This document shows positions 41,225 through 51,620 of a DNA stretch of 64,000 nucleotides, one piece after another. Position 1 is the stretch's first letter; every line of letters starts with the position of its first letter. This DNA comes from Aulosira sp. ZfuVER01. Lineage in GTDB: Bacteria; Cyanobacteriota; Cyanobacteriia; Cyanobacteriales; Nostocaceae. Both the position numbers and the translations under genes were made by a program. The stretch is taken from NCBI GenBank assembly GCA_034530615.2, contig JAVRCV020000006.1, positions 123,125-187,124 of the forward strand, in the 5' to 3' direction. The notes beneath the pieces were generated by a model, which had not been told where the DNA came from, made no database searches, and saw only the letters and a program-made list of their open reading frames with translations.

Positions 41225-41412
41225 ATTTGACTTTAACTTCTTAAATACTTGAATGACAAATTAGTGTAATTTTTATCACACTTAATAAATAATGGCATAA
41301 TCAAAAACTAACTCTAATAGAGAAGTTACCCACTTTTCATTGAATATTTATGTCAAAGCTGTAAATTTCTCTGGGAATACACCAGCAGGAAGCTACATTT
41401 CTAGAGTTAGAC

Positions 41413-42129
41413 CTATCCTACTAACCCAGAACGCAAGGCGCGAACTGCGGCTTGAGTGCGATCGTCAGCACATAACTTGTTCAAAATATTCCGGACGTGA
41501 GTTTTCACTGTACCTACTGTGATATAAAGTCTTTCTGCGATCACTGCATTGCTGCAACCTTCGACAATCAACTGTAACACTTCTAATTCTCTCTCCGTGA
41601 GGATGTAAGGATCTATATGCTCCTGAGTCTCCCCAGACTCAACAGTGCTAAAGGTATTTTTTGTGTTTAATGATGCTGCATCTTGTTTAGCTGGATTTTG
41701 TTGTGCTTGTTGTAATACAATCCTGGCGATCGCCGGATCGATCCAAGCGTTGCCATTGTAAGTTACTCTTACTGCTTCCAGCAAATTATCAAATTTAATA
41801 TCTTTCATACAGTAAGAATCAGCCCCAGCGGCGAAAGCGGCTAGTACTGCTTCCTTATTATCACGTAATGTCAAGATTAACACCTTAGTTTTTAACTCTG
41901 CCCCATTAGTAGACTTCAACTCACGTGTCAGCTCAATGCCATCTTTATCGGGTAAGCCAATGTCCACAATCGCAATATCCGGCTGTAGTGTTTTGATAAT
42001 TTTCAGCCCTTCTGCAGCATTGGCAGCTTCTCCGACAACTTCAATTTCTTCTTTTTGCAGTAGTGCTGTCCGAATACCCACACGGGTGAGGTCATGATCT
42101 TCAATTAGAGCAATCCGAATTCTACTCAT
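41413..42129 (-). CDS. NarL/LuxR-family response regulator
   Basis: EDH, VDIGLP; LTERELEVL...TVKTHVRNILNKL. Confidence 0.93.
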   Translation of the reverse strand: MSRIRIALIEDHDLTRVGIRTALLQKEEIEVVGEAANAAEGLKIIKTLQPDIAIVDIGLPDKDGIELTRELKSTNGAELKTKVLILTLRDNKEAVLAAFAAGADSYCMKDIKFDNLLEAVRVTYNGNAWIDPAIARIVLQQAQQNPAKQDAASLNTKNTFSTVESGETQEHIDPYILTERELEVLQLIVEGCSNAVIAERLYITVGTVKTHVRNILNKLCADDRTQAAVRALRSGLVG

Positions 42130-42831
42130 AGTCAACTTCCGCCCGTTACACTACCTTAACTGTAAAACCGAGTTTATTCAAAACCTATACAAGATGCAGT
42201 TGTAAGAGATTTGTACAAAACTATAGAACTATTTTGTGAATAAAGTTGACACGCAAAGGCGTTACCAGTACCCACAAGCATTTACTTCTTTAGGGAACAT
42301 TACTATTCAATAATAGAATCAAGGGGATATACCCTAAATATCAGCGTTTGGGATCAACTACTTGAATTATGCTTGCTATTAATATAAGTTGACAAAATTT
42401 CATAGATAGAGCAAGCTATCCCCAATATGGTTGGATTGCAGGTGAACTATATTTCCCCCAAGTGACTTTGGCTAGAGTAGCCTCCCCAAAAGGAGATAGC
42501 TGATGAATAATCACCTTATAAGAATGCTAGCTGAAAACCTTAGGCGTTGAAGCTCCCAATGAGAGATGCTCAAGGGCTGAAGCCAAGTAATTTTCTGAAA
42601 GTGTTTACTGTAGTTGTCTACCTATCTTGTATAAGATAAATTTATTTCTATATATAATCAATATACAGTCCTCATAAAACTTTTTAAATCACTTTCAGAT
42701 GATAATTTACTTAGTTTTATCGATGTCATAAACGAATTACTTGTGGCTAAAATCACAACAGGCAATATATTAAAAAATTTGATAAACTAACGTTCGAGAG
42801 ACTGTGGTGTGAGGCTAAGTAAAAATCAGCT

Positions 42832-43587
42832 ATGTCTAAACCGCCCAAAGCGTTTTCAGTGTTAGGAATACCAGTTCATGTGATGGCTAACTATCCAAGC
42901 TGGTTACTAGAATGCCTGCAACAAGGCAGAGGAACTCATGTAGTAACGCTCAATGCAGAAATGACTATGCAGGCAGAACGTAATAGCTGCCTAGCTAAAG
43001 TTATTCAAAATGCTGAGTTAGTCATTCCAGATGGAGCAGGAGTAGTTCTGTATTTGCGATGGTTATTATGGCAAAAAGTGCAACGTTGTCCTGGGATTGA
43101 ACTAGCAGAAACACTTTTGCGAGAACTAGGACAAAAACATACAAGCGCTAAGGTATTTTTCTATGGAGGAGCACCTGGGGTAGCTGCAAAGGCGGCAGAA
43201 TTCTGCCAACGGCAAATTCCAGGTTTAAACATCGCAGGTACTCACTCCGGCTACCATTCTCCAGAAGAGGAAGAAAAATTGCGAGAAACTCTCCGGCAAT
43301 TGCAGCCACAAGTGATTTTTGTGGGTTTGGGAGTACCACGCCAAGAGTTATGGATTGCGAAAAACCGCTATTTGTGTCCACAAGCAATTTGGATTGGTGT
43401 TGGTGGTAGTTTTGATATTTGGTCTGGGACGAAAACCCGCGCTCCGGCTTGGTTGGGCAATAATAACTTAGAGTGGCTGTATCGCCTTTATCAAGAGCCT
43501 TGGCGCTGGCGGCGGATGTTGGCTTTGCCAGAGTTTGCCCTCAAAGCTTTTGTATATCACTTGACTGCAAGAGGTGCAATTAGTTAA
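42832..43587 (+). CDS. WecB/TagA/CpsF glycosyltransferase
   Basis: TLNAE, IPDG, GLGVPRQE, GVGGSFD, LEWLYRL.QEP.R. Confidence 0.92.
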   Translation: MSKPPKAFSVLGIPVHVMANYPSWLLECLQQGRGTHVVTLNAEMTMQAERNSCLAKVIQNAELVIPDGAGVVLYLRWLLWQKVQRCPGIELAETLLRELGQKHTSAKVFFYGGAPGVAAKAAEFCQRQIPGLNIAGTHSGYHSPEEEEKLRETLRQLQPQVIFVGLGVPRQELWIAKNRYLCPQAIWIGVGGSFDIWSGTKTRAPAWLGNNNLEWLYRLYQEPWRWRRMLALPEFALKAFVYHLTARGAIS

Positions 43588-43738
43588 TTACTGACATCAA
43601 CATCCTGAGTTGTCGCTAGTAGTAATTACTTAGTATTAAGGTGCTAAAAAAATCTGAAATTTGTTTTGCAATTTGTGATTCCCAGGTTATGCCTGGGAAT
43701 CATTATTTTGTATCTTATGTGTTCCTAACAATTCAGCA

Positions 43739-44467
43739 ATGCCAGTATTAACGACTCAGCCAACGAATCACAAAGTGACTTCTCCCGAAGCCAGTAGCAA
43801 TGCTACTGCCATCCTGCAATTGTGTTCTGTGACAAAAACCTATACTAACGGCTGTCATGCTTTGTTGGATGTGAACTTAGAAGTAAAAAAGAAAGAATTT
43901 TTATTTATCACAGGACCAAGTGGTTCTGGAAAATCAACTCTATTGAAACTGCTTTATGGCCAAGAGTTAGCAACACAGGGAAAAGTGATTGTTGATGAGT
44001 GCAACATGGCAGATATGCGAGGCGATCGCTTGTCGTTGCTGCGACGACGCATTGGGATTGTGTTTCAAGACTATAAACTGATTCACCAGAGGACAGTGGC
44101 AGAAAATATCACTTTTGTACTGCAAGCTCAAGGCTATACTCGCAAAGAAATTCAACGTCGCTTAGAACCCACATTAAAGCTAGTGGGTTTGCTTTCTAAA
44201 GCTGATTGCTTTCCAGATCAACTTTCTGGCGGAGAACAACAACGAGTGAGCATTGCTAGGGCGATCGTCAGTACACCACCACTGCTGTTAGCGGATGAAC
44301 CTACAGGAAACCTCGATCCAGATAATTCTTGGCAAGTAATGCAGATTCTCCAGAAATTAAATTCCTTTGGGGCAACAGTAATTGTGACTACTCACGATGA
44401 ACAACTGGTACGCAGATGCAATCATCCTGTGGTACAAGTCCGCAATGGACAGCTATATCGTAAATAG
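43739..44467 (+). CDS. ftsE: Cell-division ABC ATPase FtsE
   Basis: [41 protein letters not shown]. Confidence 0.85.
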   Translation: MPVLTTQPTNHKVTSPEASSNATAILQLCSVTKTYTNGCHALLDVNLEVKKKEFLFITGPSGSGKSTLLKLLYGQELATQGKVIVDECNMADMRGDRLSLLRRRIGIVFQDYKLIHQRTVAENITFVLQAQGYTRKEIQRRLEPTLKLVGLLSKADCFPDQLSGGEQQRVSIARAIVSTPPLLLADEPTGNLDPDNSWQVMQILQKLNSFGATVIVTTHDEQLVRRCNHPVVQVRNGQLYRK

Positions 44468-44532
44468 GCAACAGGGATGCATAGAGTTAGAAGTAAAGAT
44501 GCAAAGCATTGTTTCTACTTTCCTGCTGCCCG

Positions 44533-44673
44533 ATACAGCAGATTGCAACTAAGTGAGGTACACCAGCTTTATATCCTCTATTTCGGAAAACCTTGATTTC
44601 ATTAATCCTAAATTAAATACAACAGGTTTACACAATTTTGGGCTGTACCTCATAAACCTGAAATACGCTGTAT
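44533..44673. mobile_element. MITE-like element, about 141 bp, 30-bp imperfect TIRs, TA at both ends
   Basis: ATACAGCAGATTGCAACTAAGTGAGGTACA versus reverse-complemented end ATACAGCGTATTTCAGGTTTATGAGGTACA. Confidence 0.65.
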
Positions 44674-44684
44674 GTCTTCAATTC

Positions 44685-46172
44685 CTATATCTTTCCTATT
44701 AAAGGAGATGGTTGACTATGTATACAGTTTTGAGATGAGTCTGGAAACTCGCAGCAGCTAGGCCCGGACAAATTTACCTGCCGAATTGGGATCTCAATGA
44801 CAAACTCTGCACCTTTTCCTGGGCTGGAGATACAGTACAACGAGCCATTATGTTTTTCTACGACAATCTGATGGCTAATTGACATCCCTAACCCTGTTCC
44901 TTTGCCCGCAGGTTTAGTTGTAAAGAAGGGGTCAAACAATCGCTTTTGGACTGTTTCTGTGATTCCTGGCCCATTATCAGCAATCCGAATGGCAATGCGT
45001 TCCCCAAAGGGGTTGCCGTAGGCATCGCCTCCCACAACTTGCGTATGAATTTGAATCATCGGTGATATGGTAAAACTACTACGCTCATCTGCCATCATCT
45101 CTTCCAGAGCCTCAATGGCATTGCTGAGGATGTTCATAAACACCTGGTTCATTTTTCCCACACAGCACTCAACTAGAGGTAAATTCCCATAATCTTTAAT
45201 TACTTGAATATCTGGATAGCCTGGTTTTGCCTTCAAACGATGGTCGATGATCATCAGTGTACTATTTAACCCATCGTGAATATCCACTGTTTTGACTTCA
45301 GCTTCATCATGACGGGAGAAGTTGCGGAAGGCTCGAACGATTTCCTGAATCCGTTGTGTCCCAACAGTCATTGAAGAGACAATTTTTAGTAAATCTCCTC
45401 TGAGAAAATCTAGGTCAACTTCTTTTGATTTATGAACAATATCTGGGGCGGGATTAGGGTAATGAATTTGGTAGAGTTTAATCATTGCTAGCAAGTCCTG
45501 AATATAAGAACTAGCGTGTTCAAGATTGCCATATATAAAATTGATTGGATTATTAATTTCGTGTGCAACACCTGCTACTAATTGACCCAGGGTAGCTAAT
45601 TTTTCTGTCTGGATCATTTTGACTTGAGCCTTTTTCAGATCTTCCAGTGCTTGAGAGAGTTCCTTTGTCCTTTCTGCTACCCGTTGCTCTAACTCTTGAG
45701 TTAGCTTCTGTAAAGCTAATTCTGCCGCAACTCGTTCTTCAATTTCTTGTTGAAGAAGTGCATTTTGCTTCTCCAATGCTGCACTCATATTTTGCAGATG
45801 CAAATGAATTTTAATCCGGGCTAAAACCTCCGCTTGTTGAAATGGTTTAGTAATGTAATCTACAGCACCTAAAGACAGACCTTTGACTTTATCTACTGTG
45901 TCAGCAAGAGCAGTCATGAAAATTATCGGAATATGTTTTGTTTTAGGATTTGCTTTCAATCGAGAGCAGGTTTCAAATCCATCAATTCCTGGCATCATGA
46001 CATCTAATAAAATCAGTTCTGGGGGGTCATATTCAACTTGCTTAATTGCACTTTCCCCAGTAGTTGCAACTGCCACATCAAATCTGGCATCTGTTATAGC
46101 TTCCGAGAGTACTTCTAAGTTTGTAGGAGTATCATCAACAATCAATATTAAATTTGTGTTTAAATTTTGCAT
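44685..46172 (-). CDS. REC-histidine kinase hybrid
   Basis: VDDTPTN, LDVMMPG; AHEINNP, NILSNA, DNGPG, FFTTK, GKGTGLG. Confidence 0.92.
   Translation of the reverse strand: MQNLNTNLILIVDDTPTNLEVLSEAITDARFDVAVATTGESAIKQVEYDPPELILLDVMMPGIDGFETCSRLKANPKTKHIPIIFMTALADTVDKVKGLSLGAVDYITKPFQQAEVLARIKIHLHLQNMSAALEKQNALLQQEIEERVAAELALQKLTQELEQRVAERTKELSQALEDLKKAQVKMIQTEKLATLGQLVAGVAHEINNPINFIYGNLEHASSYIQDLLAMIKLYQIHYPNPAPDIVHKSKEVDLDFLRGDLLKIVSSMTVGTQRIQEIVRAFRNFSRHDEAEVKTVDIHDGLNSTLMIIDHRLKAKPGYPDIQVIKDYGNLPLVECCVGKMNQVFMNILSNAIEALEEMMADERSSFTISPMIQIHTQVVGGDAYGNPFGERIAIRIADNGPGITETVQKRLFDPFFTTKPAGKGTGLGMSISHQIVVEKHNGSLYCISSPGKGAEFVIEIPIRQVNLSGPSCCEFPDSSQNCIHSQPSPLIGKI
45000..45023. mobile_element. 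24-nt SDR-like element inserted into a HIP1 site
   Basis: GCG[TTCCCCAAAGGGGTTGCCGTAGGC]ATCGC; excision restores GCGATCGC. Confidence 0.75.
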
Positions 46173-46464
46173 TTTTTTAAATTATTTTTTAAAAACTATT
46201 TGCCAAACAAATGAAATTTTAATTTCATAAACATCAAAGTCAAACAATCCAAAATTTACCAATACATATCCAGACTTTTAATTTATTTCATGTATCAATA
46301 ATTTGTTTAAGTTCCGTTAATTCCAAGTTTAACTATAGTAGTTTCAGGATGCCTTATTTTGCCTTTATTTGGAACATTTGTATACATAATATCTCCAAAA
46401 AATTAGGAGAATACGAAGAGTATTTCTAGTTTCAAAAATTGCTAAAAAAACTGATCCTCGTTTT

Positions 46465-49248
46465 TTAAACATTGATATATTTTTCTATAATAGCTTGGAT
46501 TTTTTCTATTTGGAATTTTTCAGATAACTGTTGAATCTCCTGAATAAATAGCCTATAACTATTATCTTTTTGATCTAATTCTTTTAAATAATTTTGTATG
46601 GCTTTGATTCGACCTTTTAAAGCCAGTTCATATAACTGATTTAGTTCTTCGACCGGAGGAATTACTATTTCTTCTTTTGAAATTAATAAAGATGTCGAAT
46701 TGCTCTCATAAATCCATTCTAGCTCTAGATAAGTCTGTAATTTTTCAAATAGTTCAGATGCTTGCACAGGCTTAGGAAGAAAGTCATCACCACCTGCATC
46801 TAAACTCTTCTGTTTATCAGAATCAAACACACTGGCTGATGAGACAATTATCTTTAAATCTTTCCACTCAGGAGAATTTCGCAAATTTTGCATTATATCC
46901 AATCCATTCATTACTGGCATATTAAGATCGGTAATAATCAAGTTAGGCAAAAACTTAGCAATTTTGATTAATCCTTCTTGACAATCTTCTGCCTCTAAAA
47001 TTTCAAAACCTAGTGGTTCCAGTAGATTAACTAATACAGAGCGATTTTCCCAACTATCGTCTATTACCAAAATTTTTCTTTTATCACCTTTAAAACCAAC
47101 AATCGTTCCCTGTTGAGCAACTTTAGATTTATCTGCCCATTCTTGTGCTTCGGGGATTTCTACATCAAACCAAAAGATGCTACAATGTTCTAATTGGCTT
47201 TTGACTTCTATATTGCTGCCCATCATAGCAACAATTTTATGGCTGATAGCTAAACCTAATCCGGTTCCTTCTGATTGTTTTTTAATGTTGCCTACTTGTT
47301 CAAAAGGTAAAAAGATTTTTTCTAGTTGTTCACTAGTCATACCTACACCAGTATCTTCCACTAGAAAGCGAATTTTGTAAGTTGATGTTTTGGCTTGATA
47401 ACTATGATTAATCTGCTGAATTTTGACTATAAATTTGACTATACCTTTTTCCGTAAACTTAATTGCATTACCCAGTAGATTAATCAAAACTTGCCGTAAA
47501 CGTTTTTCATCAGCTTCGATACCTAGTGGTAATTTCTCATCGGGTTGATAGATAAATTCCAAACCCTTTTGCTCAGCTTTAATTCGACAAATTTCAGAAA
47601 CGGCTTGGAGAAAAGAAGGAAAATGAAAACTTGTAGGATGCAATTCCATTTTCCGGGCTTCGATTTTTGAGAGGTCAAGAATATCGTTAATGAGAGTCAA
47701 GAGGTGTGAGCCACATTGGTTAATAATATCAATGCCTTTGTGCTGTTTTTCTGTCAGATTTTTCGCAGTGTGCAAGATTTGGGCATAGCCCAAAATCCCG
47801 TTGAGAGGTGTACGCAGTTCATGACTCATGTTGGCGAGAAATTCACTCTTGGCTATGTTGGCACTATCAGCAGCTTCTTTAGCTTCTTTCAGTTCGGTGG
47901 TGCGTTCCTCAACCCTGATTTCTAATTCTTCATTAGTCTTTGCCAAGACAGTGAAAGACTCGCGCAACTGCTGTGCCATACGGTTAAACGATTGCGAGAG
48001 CACACTCAGTTCATCGACATGGGACTCTTCTACTTGTTGCTCAAGTTTACCATCCGCGATCGCTTCAGATGCCTGACTCAATTTCAGAATAGGTTGGGTA
48101 ATCCAGCGAGATGTATAAACCCCTAACGCAGTTGCAAGTCCTAAAGCTAACAGGCACAACATGATTGTTGTACGAGTATTGGCATGAATTTGAGCCATAA
48201 AGTCTGCTTCAGGAACTACGACTACCATTAGCCAATCGAGTCCCCACTCATCGCGCCAAGGAGTGACTTGAACAAACTGACGCTTACTCTTATGTAAAAA
48301 ATCAATTTGCTGAAAATTTTGAATTTTATTAAAATTGCCAAACCGTTCAATTAAATGTTGTGCAGTTGCTTGGATTAAAGGATCTTTGCTATCGGATACA
48401 GAAAGGCGTTGGGGTTTTTCATTTTTGACTGTGAAGGGTTGCTCATCACTAGAACTAGCAATCAATTGACCATTATGTTCAATAATGAAGGTTTTTCCCG
48501 AACGGCTGACTTTCAATTGCCGCAAGAAATCACTAATCTGTGAAAGGCGTTGTTCCGCAGCAATTACAGCCAGCAGATTGCGATTAGAGTCATAGATAGG
48601 ATGACTAGCTGCAATAGATAAGTTAAATGGCGGTACTAACCAGTTGTAAACCGGACTCCAAACAGATTTGCCTTGTTTTACAGCCTCTGCATACCACCCC
48701 TCATTCTTGGCAATAAATTCTCCATTATCTTGAATAATCTTTGTGCGTTTGCCTTGCCTATCGGTTGCCCAACTATATAAATGAGTACTGCCTTTGTAAT
48801 CTTTTGGAGATAATTCATCAATAGTAATGCGATTGTCACCAAAGAGATATCCAGAGGCAATATAATCACCTGTTTGGAAACCCAAGAGAATATAGCCGAT
48901 ATCAAATGATTGCAGTCGCTTCCAGAAAAACTGTCCTAGCTGTTGTTTGTTTTGTAAATCCAACAAGCCCATATCAATCACATCTGAAGTAAGCAGAACA
49001 ACCTTTTGAGGAACTTGCATATAGCTATCTAGCTGCTGATCTATGCGCCCACTTACTTCTGTCAGCAATCGGCCTGCCAATTCATTAACAGCTTTTTGTC
49101 CATTGCGTAGCGATAGATATCCCGTTAAACCTACAGCTGCAACAATTTGCAGTACAAAAGGTACCACAAGAATTAAACGTAGTGAGATTTTTTTTGATTT
49201 GCCGTCTTGATACATCTGGCTAGGAAGCAGCTTTGATAACATACCCAA
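46465..49248 (-). CDS. TM-dCache-TM-HAMP-HisKA-HATPase-REC hybrid sensor kinase
   Basis: Two TMs around a Cache-like region (WY, WSPVY); [51 protein letters not shown]. Confidence 0.92.
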   Translation of the reverse strand: MGMLSKLLPSQMYQDGKSKKISLRLILVVPFVLQIVAAVGLTGYLSLRNGQKAVNELAGRLLTEVSGRIDQQLDSYMQVPQKVVLLTSDVIDMGLLDLQNKQQLGQFFWKRLQSFDIGYILLGFQTGDYIASGYLFGDNRITIDELSPKDYKGSTHLYSWATDRQGKRTKIIQDNGEFIAKNEGWYAEAVKQGKSVWSPVYNWLVPPFNLSIAASHPIYDSNRNLLAVIAAEQRLSQISDFLRQLKVSRSGKTFIIEHNGQLIASSSDEQPFTVKNEKPQRLSVSDSKDPLIQATAQHLIERFGNFNKIQNFQQIDFLHKSKRQFVQVTPWRDEWGLDWLMVVVVPEADFMAQIHANTRTTIMLCLLALGLATALGVYTSRWITQPILKLSQASEAIADGKLEQQVEESHVDELSVLSQSFNRMAQQLRESFTVLAKTNEELEIRVEERTTELKEAKEAADSANIAKSEFLANMSHELRTPLNGILGYAQILHTAKNLTEKQHKGIDIINQCGSHLLTLINDILDLSKIEARKMELHPTSFHFPSFLQAVSEICRIKAEQKGLEFIYQPDEKLPLGIEADEKRLRQVLINLLGNAIKFTEKGIVKFIVKIQQINHSYQAKTSTYKIRFLVEDTGVGMTSEQLEKIFLPFEQVGNIKKQSEGTGLGLAISHKIVAMMGSNIEVKSQLEHCSIFWFDVEIPEAQEWADKSKVAQQGTIVGFKGDKRKILVIDDSWENRSVLVNLLEPLGFEILEAEDCQEGLIKIAKFLPNLIITDLNMPVMNGLDIMQNLRNSPEWKDLKIIVSSASVFDSDKQKSLDAGGDDFLPKPVQASELFEKLQTYLELEWIYESNSTSLLISKEEIVIPPVEELNQLYELALKGRIKAIQNYLKELDQKDNSYRLFIQEIQQLSEKFQIEKIQAIIEKYINV

Positions 49249-49287
49249 TTTTGTGCTTTGCTCAAATCTTCATGCCTTTCTATCTCT

Positions 49288-49296
49288 AGGATTCCC
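49288..49296 (-). promoter_or_regulatory. Candidate SigJ-type element GGGAATCCT
   Basis: One mismatch to GGGAATACT, 40 bp upstream of the kinase ATG. Confidence 0.3.
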
Positions 49297-49336
49297 AAAT
49301 TTAGTTTGAAGTTTATATCGTGAAAATATTTATTAA

Positions 49337-49993
49337 CTATTTGAAGCGCATTATCAGAGCAAAAAAGTTTTTTGAATTAAGAATTTTTCTGCTGCTGCGT
49401 TTTTTGTAGGCGGTCGCTTGATTGACCATTTTAGGACGAAGAATAAATATAACGATAGTAGCAGTAGAAAAAAATAAATAGAGGGGATAGGCTGAAAGCG
49501 CAAAAGACCAATTTTTGAGAGCAAGAAGATTAAGGGTATGTGCCGATAGAAAAATTGTCCATGTTAAAGGATCTTCTGTATGTGGTTGATAGTATGACTT
49601 TCTGATTGTTGGTAATGCACCTAGAAAATCAATGCCTATATTGATTAAAAGGGCAATTATTGGAGAGCTAAACTGCCACCAGAGTAAAAGACTAATACCA
49701 GCAATTATTAGACACCCTCGATCAAAGCGGTTCCAACCACCTTCACCATATTTAAGAGCAACAATGGCGATCGCTAAATGACCAATTGCTGAACAAACTG
49801 GAACCCATATCGTGTTTACAGCCCCAGAGGAGTAATAGCTGGAGCACAGAATGAGACCGACGATCGCCCAAATCCACCAAGTTGTTCTATTGGGTCGAGT
49901 TTTTCTTTGATAGATACTAACTAGATAGGGTAGAAAACCTAATAGGGAGAGAAAACCTGCAACTACACCAATTACCGCTTGCCAACTAAACAT
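49337..49993 (-). CDS. About 7-TM membrane protein, PQ-loop/SWEET-like internal repeat
   Basis: LGFLPYLVSIYQRKTRPNRTTW repeated as LGALPTIRKSYYQPHTEDPLTW. Confidence 0.6.
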   Translation of the reverse strand: MFSWQAVIGVVAGFLSLLGFLPYLVSIYQRKTRPNRTTWWIWAIVGLILCSSYYSSGAVNTIWVPVCSAIGHLAIAIVALKYGEGGWNRFDRGCLIIAGISLLLWWQFSSPIIALLINIGIDFLGALPTIRKSYYQPHTEDPLTWTIFLSAHTLNLLALKNWSFALSAYPLYLFFSTATIVIFILRPKMVNQATAYKKRSSRKILNSKNFFALIMRFK

Positions 49994-50112
49994 TATTTCT
50001 GATTAATTTCCCATTTAGTTTATGGATTAGCGGTAAATGCACCACAAGAGAAGCTTGAAATCAACCACAGGAAACGAGCGAATTGGTCTATGCACCCTCA
50101 AGCGATCGCCAA

Positions 50113-50991
50113 TTAAACAGATATCAAATTCGCTGTCTTTGAATTCTCCAGCATTGCCAAACATTCACGATAAATTTCTCGAAACAAGTGCTGCTGTAAC
50201 TCTACAAATGCTTGATAGCCTTCAAGCACCCACTCGATAATTTGTTGTTCTGATTCAGTCCGATAGCGAACTACCATATTCAGCGCTTCTAAAACATGTA
50301 CAAAGTGCTTGGCTTCTGCACCAGATCCTTCATGCTTGCCGTGAATCACGACATAACACCAAGGATCGTAACGATGACCTCGAATTGGGACAGGAGTAGT
50401 CTGTTCTTTGAGATAGCGATCGAATCCGACTCCTTGGTTTTCATAACGAATAATCATATCAAGTAGGGCATATTCGCGATCGCCCAGCATTTCCGAAGCT
50501 GTATGAAATCCGATGGCTCGAATTAAAGAAACAACATCACCTGGTTTTCCTTGATAAGCAGTCATCACATCCTGGACAATCTCATCTAACCATGCAGGAA
50601 CCTGAGAAAATTGGTTGCGCTCATAGATAGAAAGTCTTGCATAGTCTCCTGCTGTTGTTAGCAGCAGTTGAGCTAGTTCACGGTGTGTAATTCCGTAGGC
50701 TCCTTCATCAGAGGCCGCAATCATAATCTCAGCAGAAATTTGGAATCCTCGATCTGCCTCTTCATTTACCAAAATTTTCGAGTCGGTAAATAAATAGCGC
50801 GACATGGCAATAGAACTCGCTAGCCTAGAGATCACAGCAGATGCATAGCCGTTGAAATATGTGTAACGTTGCAAGAACAGATAAAACGAAATAGGATTCT
50901 GTGCTGCTAAACGCATCGTTGATCCTATTGTCTTCTCTAGGCAAGAAAAATCTAGGAATTCTTTGAAAAATGTTTCTGAAAAATGTGACAT
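50113..50991 (-). CDS. Putative heme-oxygenase-like diiron oxidase (HDO; CADD/PqqC/TenA-like fold)
   Basis: Helical-looking protein with E96-x6-H103, E167, H217/H220...E226-x2-H229. Confidence 0.55.
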   Translation of the reverse strand: MSHFSETFFKEFLDFSCLEKTIGSTMRLAAQNPISFYLFLQRYTYFNGYASAVISRLASSIAMSRYLFTDSKILVNEEADRGFQISAEIMIAASDEGAYGITHRELAQLLLTTAGDYARLSIYERNQFSQVPAWLDEIVQDVMTAYQGKPGDVVSLIRAIGFHTASEMLGDREYALLDMIIRYENQGVGFDRYLKEQTTPVPIRGHRYDPWCYVVIHGKHEGSGAEAKHFVHVLEALNMVVRYRTESEQQIIEWVLEGYQAFVELQQHLFREIYRECLAMLENSKTANLISV

Positions 50992-51620
50992 AATTTACCT
51001 TGTATTAACAAGAAAAATCATTAAAACTCTCATCAAACCAAGCTAAATATCTATTGTTGGAAATATCAGCAAGGTGGGCTAGGTACAACTACCCTCTTTT
51101 TAAATTGACATTGGCTTTCTCTATAAAGCATGAGAAAGCACAATAAAAAATGTTATTCCTCATCTTATTCATCAATCTTGCTTGAGCGCCTGGGTAATGA
51201 CACTGGATACAGTTAAAAACGCTTTATCAACTATTTTGTTAGGTATTTCGCTAATTTCTACGTAATTTCCCGCTTAAATAAAACGTTATTATTTAAAAAT
51301 AATTGAAGTTATTGATAACACTTTTAAGATTCTAATAATCAAAAACCTTAAAAATTAATTGTAATAAAACTTCATTAAATATGATTGAAAAATACAAAAA
51401 GTTTATATAAAACGTGATAGTAGAGCCAGGAAAAATTTTCCCTTTTTTTTACACCATCTCCCTGAGGAATGGATTAACAGTATTTCATGGTGTGAGGCAA
51501 TTGTAGAGAATCCCGGTGAATAGGGAGAAGGTATTTGGCGAAATTCTTTGAAAACAGCGTGATTCTCAATTTATGTGAATTGAGAAAGTTTGTTATTAGC
51601 AATTTATCAACGATATAGCC

